From Spirochaetia bacterium (GTDB lineage: Bacteria > Spirochaetota > Spirochaetia > UBA9216): 64,000 nucleotides of DNA. The notes beneath the pieces were generated by a model that was given only the letters and a program-made list of their open reading frames with translations, searched no databases and was not told the DNA's origin. The DNA lies in the NCBI GenBank assembly GCA_965140585.1, contig OZ223265.1, positions 320,001-384,000 of the forward strand, written 5' to 3'. Shown one piece after another: positions 27,741 through 37,119 of this stretch; position 1 is the first letter of the stretch; each line of letters opens with the position of its first letter. The translations under genes and the position numbers were made by a program.

Positions 27741-28448
27741 TTACATTCCAAGATAGGCTTTCTGTACCTCATCGTTTTTAAGCAGGTTCTCACAGGTATC
27801 AGCCATGGTAATACGGCCGGTTTCCATAACATAGCCCTTGTGAGCTATCTTGAGAGCCAGGTTGGCGTTCTGCTCAACAAGGAATACTGTTGTACCCTGT
27901 TCTTCATTTATCTTCTTAACAATGTCGAAGATCTGACGAACGATGATTGGAGCAAGCCCGAGTGAGGGCTCATCAAGAAGCAGTATCCGCGGTTTTGCCA
28001 TAAGCGCACGGCTTATAGCCAGCATCTGCTGTTCACCGCCGCTGAGGGTACCTCCACGCTGGTTTCTTCTGCGTGAAAGGATAGGAAACAGTTCGTAAAC
28101 ATATTCAATGTCACGCTTAATCTGTTCCTTGTCCTTTCTGAGGAAGGCTCCCATATCGAGATTCTCAGCAACCGTAAGATCGGGGAAAATCCGCCGCCCT
28201 TCAGGAACCTGAATAATTCCCATAGGAACTATATCATCAGGATTCTTTCCTGTAATATCCTTACCGTCGAGGGTAATTCGACCTGACCGGGCGGGAACTA
28301 CTCCGCTGATTGACATAAGAGTTGTTGTTTTACCGGCACCGTTGGCGCCGATAAGAGTAACTATTTCACCGTCGGCAACTTCAATACTTATCCCTTTAAG
28401 GGCCTGAATGTTTCCGTAATAGGTTTCAATTTTATCAAGTTTAAGCAT
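27741..28448 (-). CDS. livF: Branched-chain amino acid ABC transporter ATPase
   Basis: GANGAGKTT, VPEGRRIF, LSGGEQQML, DEPSLGLAP. Confidence 0.95.
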   Translation of the reverse strand: MLKLDKIETYYGNIQALKGISIEVADGEIVTLIGANGAGKTTTLMSISGVVPARSGRITLDGKDITGKNPDDIVPMGIIQVPEGRRIFPDLTVAENLDMGAFLRKDKEQIKRDIEYVYELFPILSRRRNQRGGTLSGGEQQMLAISRALMAKPRILLLDEPSLGLAPIIVRQIFDIVKKINEEQGTTVFLVEQNANLALKIAHKGYVMETGRITMADTCENLLKNDEVQKAYLGM

Positions 28449-29232
28449 CTACATCCTCCCCAAGGTAAGCCTTGATTACATCAGGGTTTTTCTTAATATC
28501 TTCAGGAACTCCAGTTGCTATCAGTTTTCCGTAATCGACAACATAGATTCTCTCGGACAGGCTCATTACCAGGCTCATATCATGCTCGATGAGCAGAATT
28601 GTTATCCCCTCAGTGTCACGAATCCTGACAATGGTCTCGTCGAGTTCCCTGGTTTCCTGTGGATTCATACCGGCTGCAGGTTCATCAAGAAGAAGCAGGA
28701 AGGGGTCGGTAGCCATAGCTCTGGCTATTTCAAGCCGTCTCTGCGCACCGTAGGGAAGATTCTTGGCCAGGTCATTGACATGCTGCTCAAGATTCAGTTT
28801 TTTGAGAATTTCGTAACTCTCATCAATGACATTCCGTTCTTCCGCTCTGGTTCTGGGATCCCTGAGAATTGCGCCGGGAACACCGGCTTTCATCCTTGGA
28901 TGCCGTCCGATCATAACGTTCTCAAGCACACTCATGTTCTGGAACAATCTGATATTCTGAAAGGTTCTTGCAAGACCCTTTTCTGTTATCTTGTTCGGCT
29001 TCATGCCGTTAATCCGCTGCGCCTTGCCTGTTGAGGGAGGGGTCAGAATAATATCGCCTGCGGTAGGCTTGTTTACACCTGTAATACAGTTAAAAAAGGT
29101 TGTCTTGCCTGCACCGTTTGGCCCGATCAGGGCAACAATCTCTTTCTCGTTTATAAAAAGATCGACATCATTTACAGCTCTGAGTCCGCCGAAGTCCATC
29201 CTGAGTTTTTTAACATCTAGTATAGGGGCCAT
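28441..29232 (-). CDS. livG: Branched-chain amino acid ABC transporter ATPase
   Basis: GPNGAGKTT, RTFQNIRLF, LPYGAQRRLEIARA, DEPAAG. Confidence 0.95.
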   Translation of the reverse strand: MAPILDVKKLRMDFGGLRAVNDVDLFINEKEIVALIGPNGAGKTTFFNCITGVNKPTAGDIILTPPSTGKAQRINGMKPNKITEKGLARTFQNIRLFQNMSVLENVMIGRHPRMKAGVPGAILRDPRTRAEERNVIDESYEILKKLNLEQHVNDLAKNLPYGAQRRLEIARAMATDPFLLLLDEPAAGMNPQETRELDETIVRIRDTEGITILLIEHDMSLVMSLSERIYVVDYGKLIATGVPEDIKKNPDVIKAYLGEDVDA

Positions 29233-30497
29233 TATTTCTCTCCCTCAGCAGGTGCTTTTTTCTGTTTGAACTCGTACTTCTGCCTGATAGCAGGAATAAT
29301 TCCGCCCGGCTTGAATACCATCATCAGTACAAGAACAGCACCGAAAATAATCATTCTAAGCTCGGAGAAAGCACGCAGATATTCGGGAAGAAGCGTCATT
29401 ATCAGCGCTCCGGCAATTACACCCGGAATTGACCCAAGGCCGCCAAGAACAACCATACATAGAACTATAATTGACTCCCACATTGTGAAACTTGCCGGGT
29501 TAATAAACGTTGTCTTACCCGCAAAGATTACACCGGCGACTCCGGCCCAGAAAGCACCGAGAGCGAAGGCGGCAAGCTTTGCCTTGGCAATATCGATTCC
29601 CATTGACTCACTTGCAATTTCATCTTCACGCATAGCAACCCAGCTTCGGCCCAGTCTTGAATCTTCAAGCCTTCGAACAACAAAAATTGTTACGATTACA
29701 AAAACAAGGATAATGTAGTAAGTGAGGTTTGTTGACTGCTTCAGACCGAAATCAAAACCGGGGAGCGAAGGCCTGGGGATATTTGCAATTCCGCTGGGAC
29801 CGAAACTGAAAGCATTCCAGTTTTCCATAACAATCCTGAATATCTCACCGAAAGCCAGTGTAACTATTGCAAGATAGTCGCCGCGAAGCCGGAGTACCGG
29901 AATTGCTATGATTGTGCCGAATAATGCTGCAAAAATACCGCCGAGAGGCAGTGCAAGCCAGAAATTGACCCCGAAGTGGTGGTTTAAAAGTGCATATGTG
30001 TATGCTCCTACACCGTAGAAAACGATGTAGCAGAGGTTAAGCAGACCGCCAAGACCGACAACGATATTAAGACCGAGAGCAAGCACCACATAAAGCAGAG
30101 CTGTGGTCATGATGCTGGTCTGGTACATGCCGGTTATAAATGGAAAAATTGCCGCAAAGGCAAGAATCACAATGCTTCCGGTTCGTACTATCACAGGCTT
30201 CTGTCCAATCCGTTCCCGGAGGGTCACAGTCTCAGCCTTGTCCGCTGAAGGTTTTTTCCCGATAAGACCGTTCTTGCGGTCGATCAGAAGCTTCCATACA
30301 TGTGAAAGGATAAAGGAGGCGAAACCTACAATTATCATATTTTCCCATCGCCACTCTACCGTATCGGTTACAGTGTTGACCTTAATAACCATAATAGGAA
30401 AGGTCAGGAACATAAACCATACAGCAAGTATTGCCGAACGTTTAATATCCGCAGGCGTCAGAAGTTTATAGCTGTTATCTTTAATAGTATCAGACAT
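29232..30497 (-). CDS. livM: Branched-chain amino acid ABC transporter permease
   Basis: LRLRGDYLAIVTLAFGEI, AMREDEIA, VVLGGLGS. Confidence 0.93.
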   Translation of the reverse strand: MSDTIKDNSYKLLTPADIKRSAILAVWFMFLTFPIMVIKVNTVTDTVEWRWENMIIVGFASFILSHVWKLLIDRKNGLIGKKPSADKAETVTLRERIGQKPVIVRTGSIVILAFAAIFPFITGMYQTSIMTTALLYVVLALGLNIVVGLGGLLNLCYIVFYGVGAYTYALLNHHFGVNFWLALPLGGIFAALFGTIIAIPVLRLRGDYLAIVTLAFGEIFRIVMENWNAFSFGPSGIANIPRPSLPGFDFGLKQSTNLTYYIILVFVIVTIFVVRRLEDSRLGRSWVAMREDEIASESMGIDIAKAKLAAFALGAFWAGVAGVIFAGKTTFINPASFTMWESIIVLCMVVLGGLGSIPGVIAGALIMTLLPEYLRAFSELRMIIFGAVLVLMMVFKPGGIIPAIRQKYEFKQKKAPAEGEK

Positions 30498-30506
30498 ATA
30501 ATCCCC

Positions 30507-31412
30507 CTAAACCTTTTTACTCGGAGCCTTACCGAGAAGTCCGGAAGGTCTGAAAATAAGGATGACAATCAGGATGATAAAGGCGAAAACGTCTTCATAG
30601 TCACTGGAAATATATCCGGTTCCGAAACTTTCAGTCAGTCCGAGAACAAAACTTCCGAGCACTGCTCCCGGAATACTTCCGATTCCACCAAGCACCGCAG
30701 CAACAAAGGCTTTGATACCGGCGATAAAGCCGATATAGAAGTTAATCTGGCCTACATGAGAACTGATTAGAACGCCGCCGATAGCAGCAGTTGCAGAGCC
30801 GAGAAGGAAGGTCACCATAATCACATTATTGATGTTGACACCTACAAGCTGAGCCATGACCTTATCCTGCGCTGTAGCACGCATAGCCTTACCAATTCTT
30901 GTATATTTAATGAGTAATGTAAAAAGTATCATTACTACAGTTGATGTCACGAGGATAATGAACTGTGTGGTATTCATGATGTTTTCAATCGGTTTCAGAA
31001 ATCCAAAATCCGGAATAAGGATTGGAAATGGCTGAAAGTCTGAAGTCTGAGCAAGAAGCACATAGTTCTGAAGGAACATTGACATTCCGATGGCGCTTAT
31101 AAGAGCAGAAAGACGCGGTGCGTTTCTAAGCGGTTTATAAGCTATCTTTTCCATTGTAATACCGTAGCCTGCTGAATAAACTATAGCAACAACCGCGGCA
31201 ATTAGAAAAATAAGTACAGGAGGAAGTCCTGTAAAAGCGAGAGCACCTGAAACAATAAGAGCAGTGAAAGCTCCTATCATGTAGATCTCGCCGTGAGCAA
31301 AATTAATAAGCTGAATAATACCGTAGACCATTGTGTAGCCCAGGGCGATCAGTGCATAAATACTTCCTCTTGTCAGCCCTCCAAGAAAAAGCTCAATAAA
31401 ATAAGTATTCAT
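30507..31412 (-). CDS. livH: Branched-chain amino acid ABC transporter permease
   Basis: GSIYALIALGYTMVYGIIQLINFAHGE, KAFVAAVLGGIGS. Confidence 0.95.
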   Translation of the reverse strand: MNTYFIELFLGGLTRGSIYALIALGYTMVYGIIQLINFAHGEIYMIGAFTALIVSGALAFTGLPPVLIFLIAAVVAIVYSAGYGITMEKIAYKPLRNAPRLSALISAIGMSMFLQNYVLLAQTSDFQPFPILIPDFGFLKPIENIMNTTQFIILVTSTVVMILFTLLIKYTRIGKAMRATAQDKVMAQLVGVNINNVIMVTFLLGSATAAIGGVLISSHVGQINFYIGFIAGIKAFVAAVLGGIGSIPGAVLGSFVLGLTESFGTGYISSDYEDVFAFIILIVILIFRPSGLLGKAPSKKV

Positions 31413-31508
31413 TGCAGAATTACTCCTCTAAGTATTTGAGGCTGGATTCATGTCGAGGGTATCAACGAATCCTCAGAAATCCGGATAGGACATTTTATAA
31501 TTGCAAAT

Positions 31509-31530
31509 AAAAGCGGGCCGTGTGGCCCGC
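31509..31530 (-). terminator. Stem-loop after the binding-protein gene (terminator or stabilizer)
   Basis: Minus strand GCGGGCC-ACAC-GGCCCGC-TTTTATTT. Confidence 0.7.
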
Positions 31531-31540
31531 CTGTGATTAA

Positions 31541-32683
31541 CTATTTGAGTTCGACATAAGCGCCGTTCTGTACCTGGAATACAGAGAAACCAACGCCAAT
31601 TGCATCACCCTTCTCGTCGAAGCTGATGCTTCCGAGAGTTGTGTCTACGTAGTTGCTCTTAAGAGCTTTTGAAACTGCTTCATAGTCAGTTGAACCGGCT
31701 TTTTCAATTGCATTGAGGATTGCAGCAGTTGCAGCATATGCATTGAGGAAAAAAGCACCTGGATCTTCGCCGTATTCAGCTCTGTGAGCTTCTTCAGCAG
31801 CCATTGTCAGTGCGTTTGTAGATGTATCCATAGGACCTGTTGCGTAAACGCCTTCTGCAAATTCACCTGCAACCTTGATAAAAGTATCGTCTTTTACACC
31901 GTCGTCAGAGATGAAGATAGTGTCCATACCTTTCTTTTTAATCTGGCTGATAAGCTTTGAAGCTTCCGGATGGTATCCACCGAAGATAATTGCTTCTGCG
32001 CCTGAGTTCTTGATTTTATTAATTACTGCTGAGTAGTCAACAGCACCTACAGTGATACCTTCATAGAGAACGACTTCCATCTTTCCGTCTGATTCGATCA
32101 TTGCTTTTGCAAACTCTGCAAGCCCCTTACCATAGTCGCCCTTATCATGAAGAACTGCAATTTTCTTGATTCCGAGAGTATCAGCAGCGAAATCAACCTC
32201 AAGTCTGGCCTGGGCATCATCCGGAGCAATAGTTCTATAAAAGTTGGGATAATCGCCGCTCTGTGTAAGAGGCGGGTTTGTGGCTGAAGGTGAAATACAA
32301 ATTATATTCTCATCTTTGTAGATACCAAGAGCAGCCTTTGTTGCACCTGAACAGATATGTCCGATAACGGCAACTACGCCTTCACCTACAAGTTTTGCAG
32401 CAGTATTTGTTGCAACTTCGGGTTTACACTGGTCGTCTTCAACAACAAGTTCAATCTGTCTGCCGAGCACGCCGCCCTTAGCATTCCATTCTGCAACTAC
32501 AAGTTCTGCAGCCTTTACTGAAGGAATACCGTAAGAAGCAAGGTCACCTGAGTGAGCGCCTGCAACACCAATTTTAATAGGTGCGCTGCTTCCGGCTGAA
32601 TCCTGCTGACCACCGGCAAAAACGGGAAGTCCAACTGCACTGATAAGTACAGCAACAAGAAGAAGTACGCTGATTTTCTTCAT
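31541..32683 (-). CDS. livK: Branched-chain amino acid ABC transporter substrate-binding protein
   Basis: EDDQCKP, GHICSGAT, SATNPPLT, HDKGDYGKGLA. Start MKKIS at 32683 after GGAGG. Confidence 0.9.
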   Translation of the reverse strand: MKKISVLLLVAVLISAVGLPVFAGGQQDSAGSSAPIKIGVAGAHSGDLASYGIPSVKAAELVVAEWNAKGGVLGRQIELVVEDDQCKPEVATNTAAKLVGEGVVAVIGHICSGATKAALGIYKDENIICISPSATNPPLTQSGDYPNFYRTIAPDDAQARLEVDFAADTLGIKKIAVLHDKGDYGKGLAEFAKAMIESDGKMEVVLYEGITVGAVDYSAVINKIKNSGAEAIIFGGYHPEASKLISQIKKKGMDTIFISDDGVKDDTFIKVAGEFAEGVYATGPMDTSTNALTMAAEEAHRAEYGEDPGAFFLNAYAATAAILNAIEKAGSTDYEAVSKALKSNYVDTTLGSISFDEKGDAIGVGFSVFQVQNGAYVELK

Positions 32684-32841
32684 TATAAATGCCTCCATTT
32701 ATTTAATTGAATACGTTAAACATATCCTTTATAACAAACAGCTATTTTATCAATAAATCTCAAATCGATCTACAATAATATCTGTTAGAAATTGCGGAAT
32801 ATGTTAAAATAGTAATATACAAACAACATTTAGCGGAGAAA

Positions 32842-33366
32842 ATGATGATCGATTTACTCTATAAACGAAGAAGCGTTAGAAAGTTTACTAATACTGAAAT
32901 TGAGCCTGAAAAAATTGAATTATTACAGCAGGCCCTTTTACTGGCTCCTACATCAAGGAATAAAAAGCCATGCAGATTTTTCTTTGTTCATGGACAAGAT
33001 GATGTAAAAAAGCTGAAAGGATGCCGGAAGGCAGGAACTCTGGCGCTTGAAACAGCAAGCCTTGCAGTTGTTATTACATCCGATACTTCAGTCGGTGATG
33101 TGTGGATTGAAAACGCTGCAATTGCAGCAACAATCCTTCAGCTTGAGGCGGATAGTCTCGGCCTGGGCTCCTGCTGGATTCATGGAAGAGACAGGCAGGC
33201 CGAAGACGGCAAATCCACTGACCAGTGGCTTAAAAACCTGCTTGGTATCCCGGCGGATCTGATGATTGATTCGGTTATCGCTATAGGATACGAAGCTGAA
33301 AGACCGCGGGCTTATACACCAGCCGACCTTGACTATTCAAAAGTGTTCACCGTAAAATCTGAATAA
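32842..33366 (+). CDS. Nitroreductase family protein
   Basis: RRSVRKF, APTSRNKKP, LGLGSCWI, IAIGY. Confidence 0.9.
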   Translation: MMIDLLYKRRSVRKFTNTEIEPEKIELLQQALLLAPTSRNKKPCRFFFVHGQDDVKKLKGCRKAGTLALETASLAVVITSDTSVGDVWIENAAIAATILQLEADSLGLGSCWIHGRDRQAEDGKSTDQWLKNLLGIPADLMIDSVIAIGYEAERPRAYTPADLDYSKVFTVKSE

Positions 33367-33368
33367 TT

Positions 33369-33408
33369 AAAAAAAAAGCCGCGGATCTTCTTCAGATCTG
33401 CGGCTTTT
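33369..33408. terminator. Bidirectional intrinsic terminator
   Basis: A-run GCCGCGGATCT-TCTTC-AGATCTGCGGC TTTT between convergent genes. Confidence 0.8.
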
Positions 33409-33442
33409 GCAATTAGCTGATATTAAAGTTCAAAAAAGGCTG

Positions 33443-34702
33443 TTAATCAAGATTCAACGAGGCTATCCCCTCTTTCACAATCTCAAGCCCCTGCATTAAT
33501 GTCTCGTCTTCAATTGTGAGCGGCGGCATTATTTTAAGCACACAGTCATCGGTTCCCGCAAGCTCAATAATAAGACCGCGCTCAAAGCATGCCCGGCTTG
33601 CAAGCTTGGCTGTGCCTGAGGGATATTTCTCAAAGTTAATACCCCAGATAAGACCGATTCCCCGATAATCCAGTTTCGGGCTGAGGGTCGGAACAGTCTC
33701 TTTCAGAAAAGCTTCAACCATCGCTCCTTTTCGCTCTGTCTCATCCTCAATGTTGTTTTCAAGGGCAAACTCCAACCCTGCCTTGCCGGCCACCATTGCA
33801 AGCTGAAATCCACGAAAGGTTCCGTTATGCTCCCCCGGGGAGAAAACATCGAGTTCCGGCTTCAGCAGAGTAAGCGCAAAAGGCATGCCTATGCCGCCGC
33901 CTATTGATTTGGCGAGTACTACGATATCAGGAACTATCCCTGCCCTTTCAAAAGAGAAGAATCTTCCGGTTCTTGCACAGCCCATCTGTATCTCATCGAG
34001 AATAAGCAGAATATCATGTCTGTCACAGAAATCTCTTGCTGCTTTAAGCCAGTCTGAAGGAATGACATTTACACCGCCTTCGCCCTGTACAGCTTCAACA
34101 ATAAGCGCTGCAGGCTTATCAACACCGCTGTGATCATTGGTTAGAAGAGTCTCCATATAATGGATGGTATCAAAGTTTTCGAACATTCCAGGCGCCGGGA
34201 TATGCGTAACATTTCCAAGAGGAACTCCGGCTGCATCCCTTGCCGCCCTCTCGGTACAGAGACTGAGCGAACCGAGAGTCATTCCATGAAACCCGCCCAT
34301 GAGTGCGAATATATTTGTCCGTTTCTTAATCTTTCTGGCAAGCTTTAATGCTACCTCAACGGAATTGGTTCCGGTTGGACCTGGAAAGAGGAGCTTATAT
34401 TCAAGTCCGCGGGGTTTAAGAATTTTTTCTTCAAGAAATTCAATAAACTCACCCTTGGCGGTCGAGAACATATCCAGCCCGTGGATAATTCCGTCTCTCT
34501 TCAGGTATTCTATGACCCTGTCCTTTATTGCGTCATTGTTATGACCATAGTTCAGACTTCCGGCACCTGAGAGGAAATCTATGTATTTCTTTCCCTGTTC
34601 ATCTATCAGGAAAGCATTCTTTGCTGTGTTGAACACAGTCGGGAATTTGCGGCAATAAGATCTTACATTACTTTCATACATTTCGTATGTATCAAGATTC
34701 AT
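33443..34702 (-). CDS. ectB: Diaminobutyrate--2-oxoglutarate transaminase
   Basis: ESNVRSYCR, GAGSLNYGHN, GPTGTNSVE, FHGMTLGSL, VQGEGG, PGEHNGTFRG. Start probably at 34702. Confidence 0.9.
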   Translation of the reverse strand: MNLDTYEMYESNVRSYCRKFPTVFNTAKNAFLIDEQGKKYIDFLSGAGSLNYGHNNDAIKDRVIEYLKRDGIIHGLDMFSTAKGEFIEFLEEKILKPRGLEYKLLFPGPTGTNSVEVALKLARKIKKRTNIFALMGGFHGMTLGSLSLCTERAARDAAGVPLGNVTHIPAPGMFENFDTIHYMETLLTNDHSGVDKPAALIVEAVQGEGGVNVIPSDWLKAARDFCDRHDILLILDEIQMGCARTGRFFSFERAGIVPDIVVLAKSIGGGIGMPFALTLLKPELDVFSPGEHNGTFRGFQLAMVAGKAGLEFALENNIEDETERKGAMVEAFLKETVPTLSPKLDYRGIGLIWGINFEKYPSGTAKLASRACFERGLIIELAGTDDCVLKIMPPLTIEDETLMQGLEIVKEGIASLNLD

Positions 34703-34833
34703 ATTGAAGTACCCCCTATTCTGGTTTTTGTAGAAATCAATAGACAATACACAGTTATTTCGGGTGAGTAAAGATAAAAAATGTCGATTTATTAGAAATT
34801 TATCAAGAATTAATTAGAGCTATAACAGAGCCT

Positions 34834-34878
34834 CAAAAAAAAGAAGCAGGTCCGGCTTTCAGCTGAAACCGAACCTGC
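34834..34878 (-). terminator. Intrinsic terminator after creD
   Basis: Minus strand GCAGGTTCGG...CCGGACCTGC followed by TTCTTTTTTTT. Confidence 0.7.
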
Positions 34879-34929
34879 AAAGATAGAGAGGATATGTCAA
34901 ACAGGCTGGAGGGGGCCTGCCGGAGCCAG

Positions 34930-36282
34930 TTATTCCCCGGACTTATAGAAGTCGATTTTACGGGTAATAAACATCAGAAAGCCCGTGATTGCAAAAACAC
35001 CTACCGAACCGATGAGAAGCGACCAATCTTCCGACTGAAGTGCAATAAAAAGAAACAGATAAACAGCAGTCATTACCGGTGCCATATACCAGGCCTTTTT
35101 ATCGCCTTTCAGAACTGAAAAAGTATAGAGACAGAGCATGATGGTAACCGAGGCTGCGGATACAAGGTAGGAGAGATTAAAGCTGATATGCTCGGACATC
35201 GAGAGCAATAAAAGATAGAATATTATATTCGCGATCCCGGCGAGTATGTACTGAATAACATGAATCCGGCGCCTGAAGAAGTGCTCAAACAAAAACAGGG
35301 TAATAAAGGGTATAAGAATAAAAAGTACAGCATATTTGGCAGCCCTTTCATTCTGCTCATAGTGGTCATGAATATTTATAAGCCCTGCATTTATTCCGGC
35401 GTCATACAGCTGATATTCATCAAAGGTCTTTCTGTCATCCCATTTAACCGGGAGTCCGCTTGAAAGACTGCTGCAGTTCCAGACGGCAGAGAAACCGGCG
35501 TCAGTAATGTTATGTTCTGCAGGAAGAGAAAAACCGCTGAAAGAAGGAGACAGCCAGTCCGCGGCTATACTGATCGCAGACGATGAAGCCAGGGGCAAAA
35601 TCCTGACATTTTCAGCTCCGGCAGCAAGAATATTGAAATAAAACCCGAAGTTCTCAAGTGAAGCATCAGCTAAGGGAGCCTCCGAATAGATTCCGCCATT
35701 ACCGAGCTTCAGCCCCCTGTTTCCGGGTTTAAAGGTGACATTATTTCCATTCCAGGATGCTTCAGCAATACCTCGTATTCCTTTCTGATTGAAAAATGGA
35801 ATAATTATTTCAGCCTGACCGGGATGCAGCACTTCATTTTCGGCTGCATCAGAGGCTAAATCAGCAAGATTAAAACTGCCCTTCAATTCAATACTGCCTG
35901 TAAAAACCGGTGTGTAGAAAATCCCCCTGAATTTATTTTCAGTATCAAGGACTACATTTATATCAAGAGACTCCGGGCTGTACCACATAGAAAAAGATTC
36001 TTCATAGTACTCTCTGCTTTTATGTCCGTCCGCATCGGTAATTACACGTTCAATTCTTCTGGTTCCCGGAACCTTCAGTACAGGACCCGCAAAACTCAAT
36101 TCCCCGCCTGCGGCAGAGGATATTTCGCTTTTTACTTCATAAGCCCTGTAAAGGCGCTCATTTATAAGCGATCTCACCATCGAAAGCGGTATAAGCATTA
36201 TAAGTGTCAGAACCACCAGTACCGCAGCCTTGAAACCCTGAGTTCCGGTTATCTGCGACAGTTTTTTCTGTCTCTGTGTCAT
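34930..36282 (-). CDS. creD: Inner membrane cell-envelope integrity protein CreD
   Basis: LIPLSMVRSLINER, RGIF, WLSPSFSG, RAAKYAVLFI, HVIQY, FYLLLLSMSEHI, QSEDWSLLIGS, TRKIDFY. Confidence 0.92.
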   Translation of the reverse strand: MTQRQKKLSQITGTQGFKAAVLVVLTLIMLIPLSMVRSLINERLYRAYEVKSEISSAAGGELSFAGPVLKVPGTRRIERVITDADGHKSREYYEESFSMWYSPESLDINVVLDTENKFRGIFYTPVFTGSIELKGSFNLADLASDAAENEVLHPGQAEIIIPFFNQKGIRGIAEASWNGNNVTFKPGNRGLKLGNGGIYSEAPLADASLENFGFYFNILAAGAENVRILPLASSSAISIAADWLSPSFSGFSLPAEHNITDAGFSAVWNCSSLSSGLPVKWDDRKTFDEYQLYDAGINAGLINIHDHYEQNERAAKYAVLFILIPFITLFLFEHFFRRRIHVIQYILAGIANIIFYLLLLSMSEHISFNLSYLVSAASVTIMLCLYTFSVLKGDKKAWYMAPVMTAVYLFLFIALQSEDWSLLIGSVGVFAITGFLMFITRKIDFYKSGE

Positions 36283-36339
36283 AGAATTACTCCTTCATAA
36301 TTTGATACCAAGCTTATACCCGATCCCGGGCGTTACCGC

Positions 36340-36366
36340 GGCAGAAAAAAGGCAGAATTATGGCAG
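36340..36366. promoter_or_regulatory. Three GGCAG direct repeats with 11-bp period (OmpR-family operator)
   Basis: GGCAG at 36340, 36351 and 36362 in the divergent region between creD and the response regulator. Confidence 0.6.
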
Positions 36367-36426
36367 TTAATAATAGTGTTTAAAGTCATGATTACAGTTC
36401 GATATAATTGTGGTATTTTATTGAAT

Positions 36427-37119
36427 ATGCATAGTGTTGCCGTTGTTGATGATGAACAGGGAATAAGAAATCTCATATCTCTGGCTCTCCGTGAGGAAGG
36501 CTTTGATGTAAGCGAATATTCAAATGGAGAAACCGCCTGGACCGACTTCAAAGAACAGAGGCCGGATGTCATTGTACTTGATATAATGATGCCCCGGATT
36601 AACGGTCTTGAGCTCTGCCGCAGAATAAGAAGCATAGACAGTGCTGTTCCAGTTATTTTTTTATCATCACGGGATGATGAATACGACAGGGTCCTGGGTC
36701 TTGAAACCGGGGCGGATGACTACGTTTGCAAACCGTTCAGCATGATGGAGCTTACAGCACGAATACGGGCTGCCGTAAGGCGGACCGGCGCATCTGTTCC
36801 TGCCTGCAATGCCTGGAATATAGAAACAGGTCCGCTTCAGATGTGCTCGACAGAACTGTTATGCCGTTGGAAGGCGCAGCAGGTAAAACTGTCGGTTACA
36901 GAGTTCAGGATTCTCGAATCTCTGGCGGCTGTGCCCGGAACCGTTAAAACCAGGGAGCAGCTGATGTCAGCCGCCTTCCCCGAAGATTTGTATGTCAACG
37001 ACAAGGCCGCCGACAGTCATATAAAGCGTATAAGAAAAAAAATCAAGGATTTTGATTCCGATGCTGAAGTATTTGAAGCTGTCTACGGACTTGGATACCG
37101 CTTGAGGATTGATGAATGA
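36427..37119 (+). CDS. OmpR-family response regulator, ChvI-like
   Basis: Receiver motifs DD, LDIMMP, KPF; effector domain VTEFRILESLA...DSHIKRIRKK...VYGLGYR closely follows the ChvI pattern. Confidence 0.9.
   Translation: MHSVAVVDDEQGIRNLISLALREEGFDVSEYSNGETAWTDFKEQRPDVIVLDIMMPRINGLELCRRIRSIDSAVPVIFLSSRDDEYDRVLGLETGADDYVCKPFSMMELTARIRAAVRRTGASVPACNAWNIETGPLQMCSTELLCRWKAQQVKLSVTEFRILESLAAVPGTVKTREQLMSAAFPEDLYVNDKAADSHIKRIRKKIKDFDSDAEVFEAVYGLGYRLRIDE

Noticed and set aside
31440-31490. Imperfect stem-loop between livK and livH as a riboswitch
   Set aside because: Weak, interrupted pairing and no match to an aptamer consensus I recognise.
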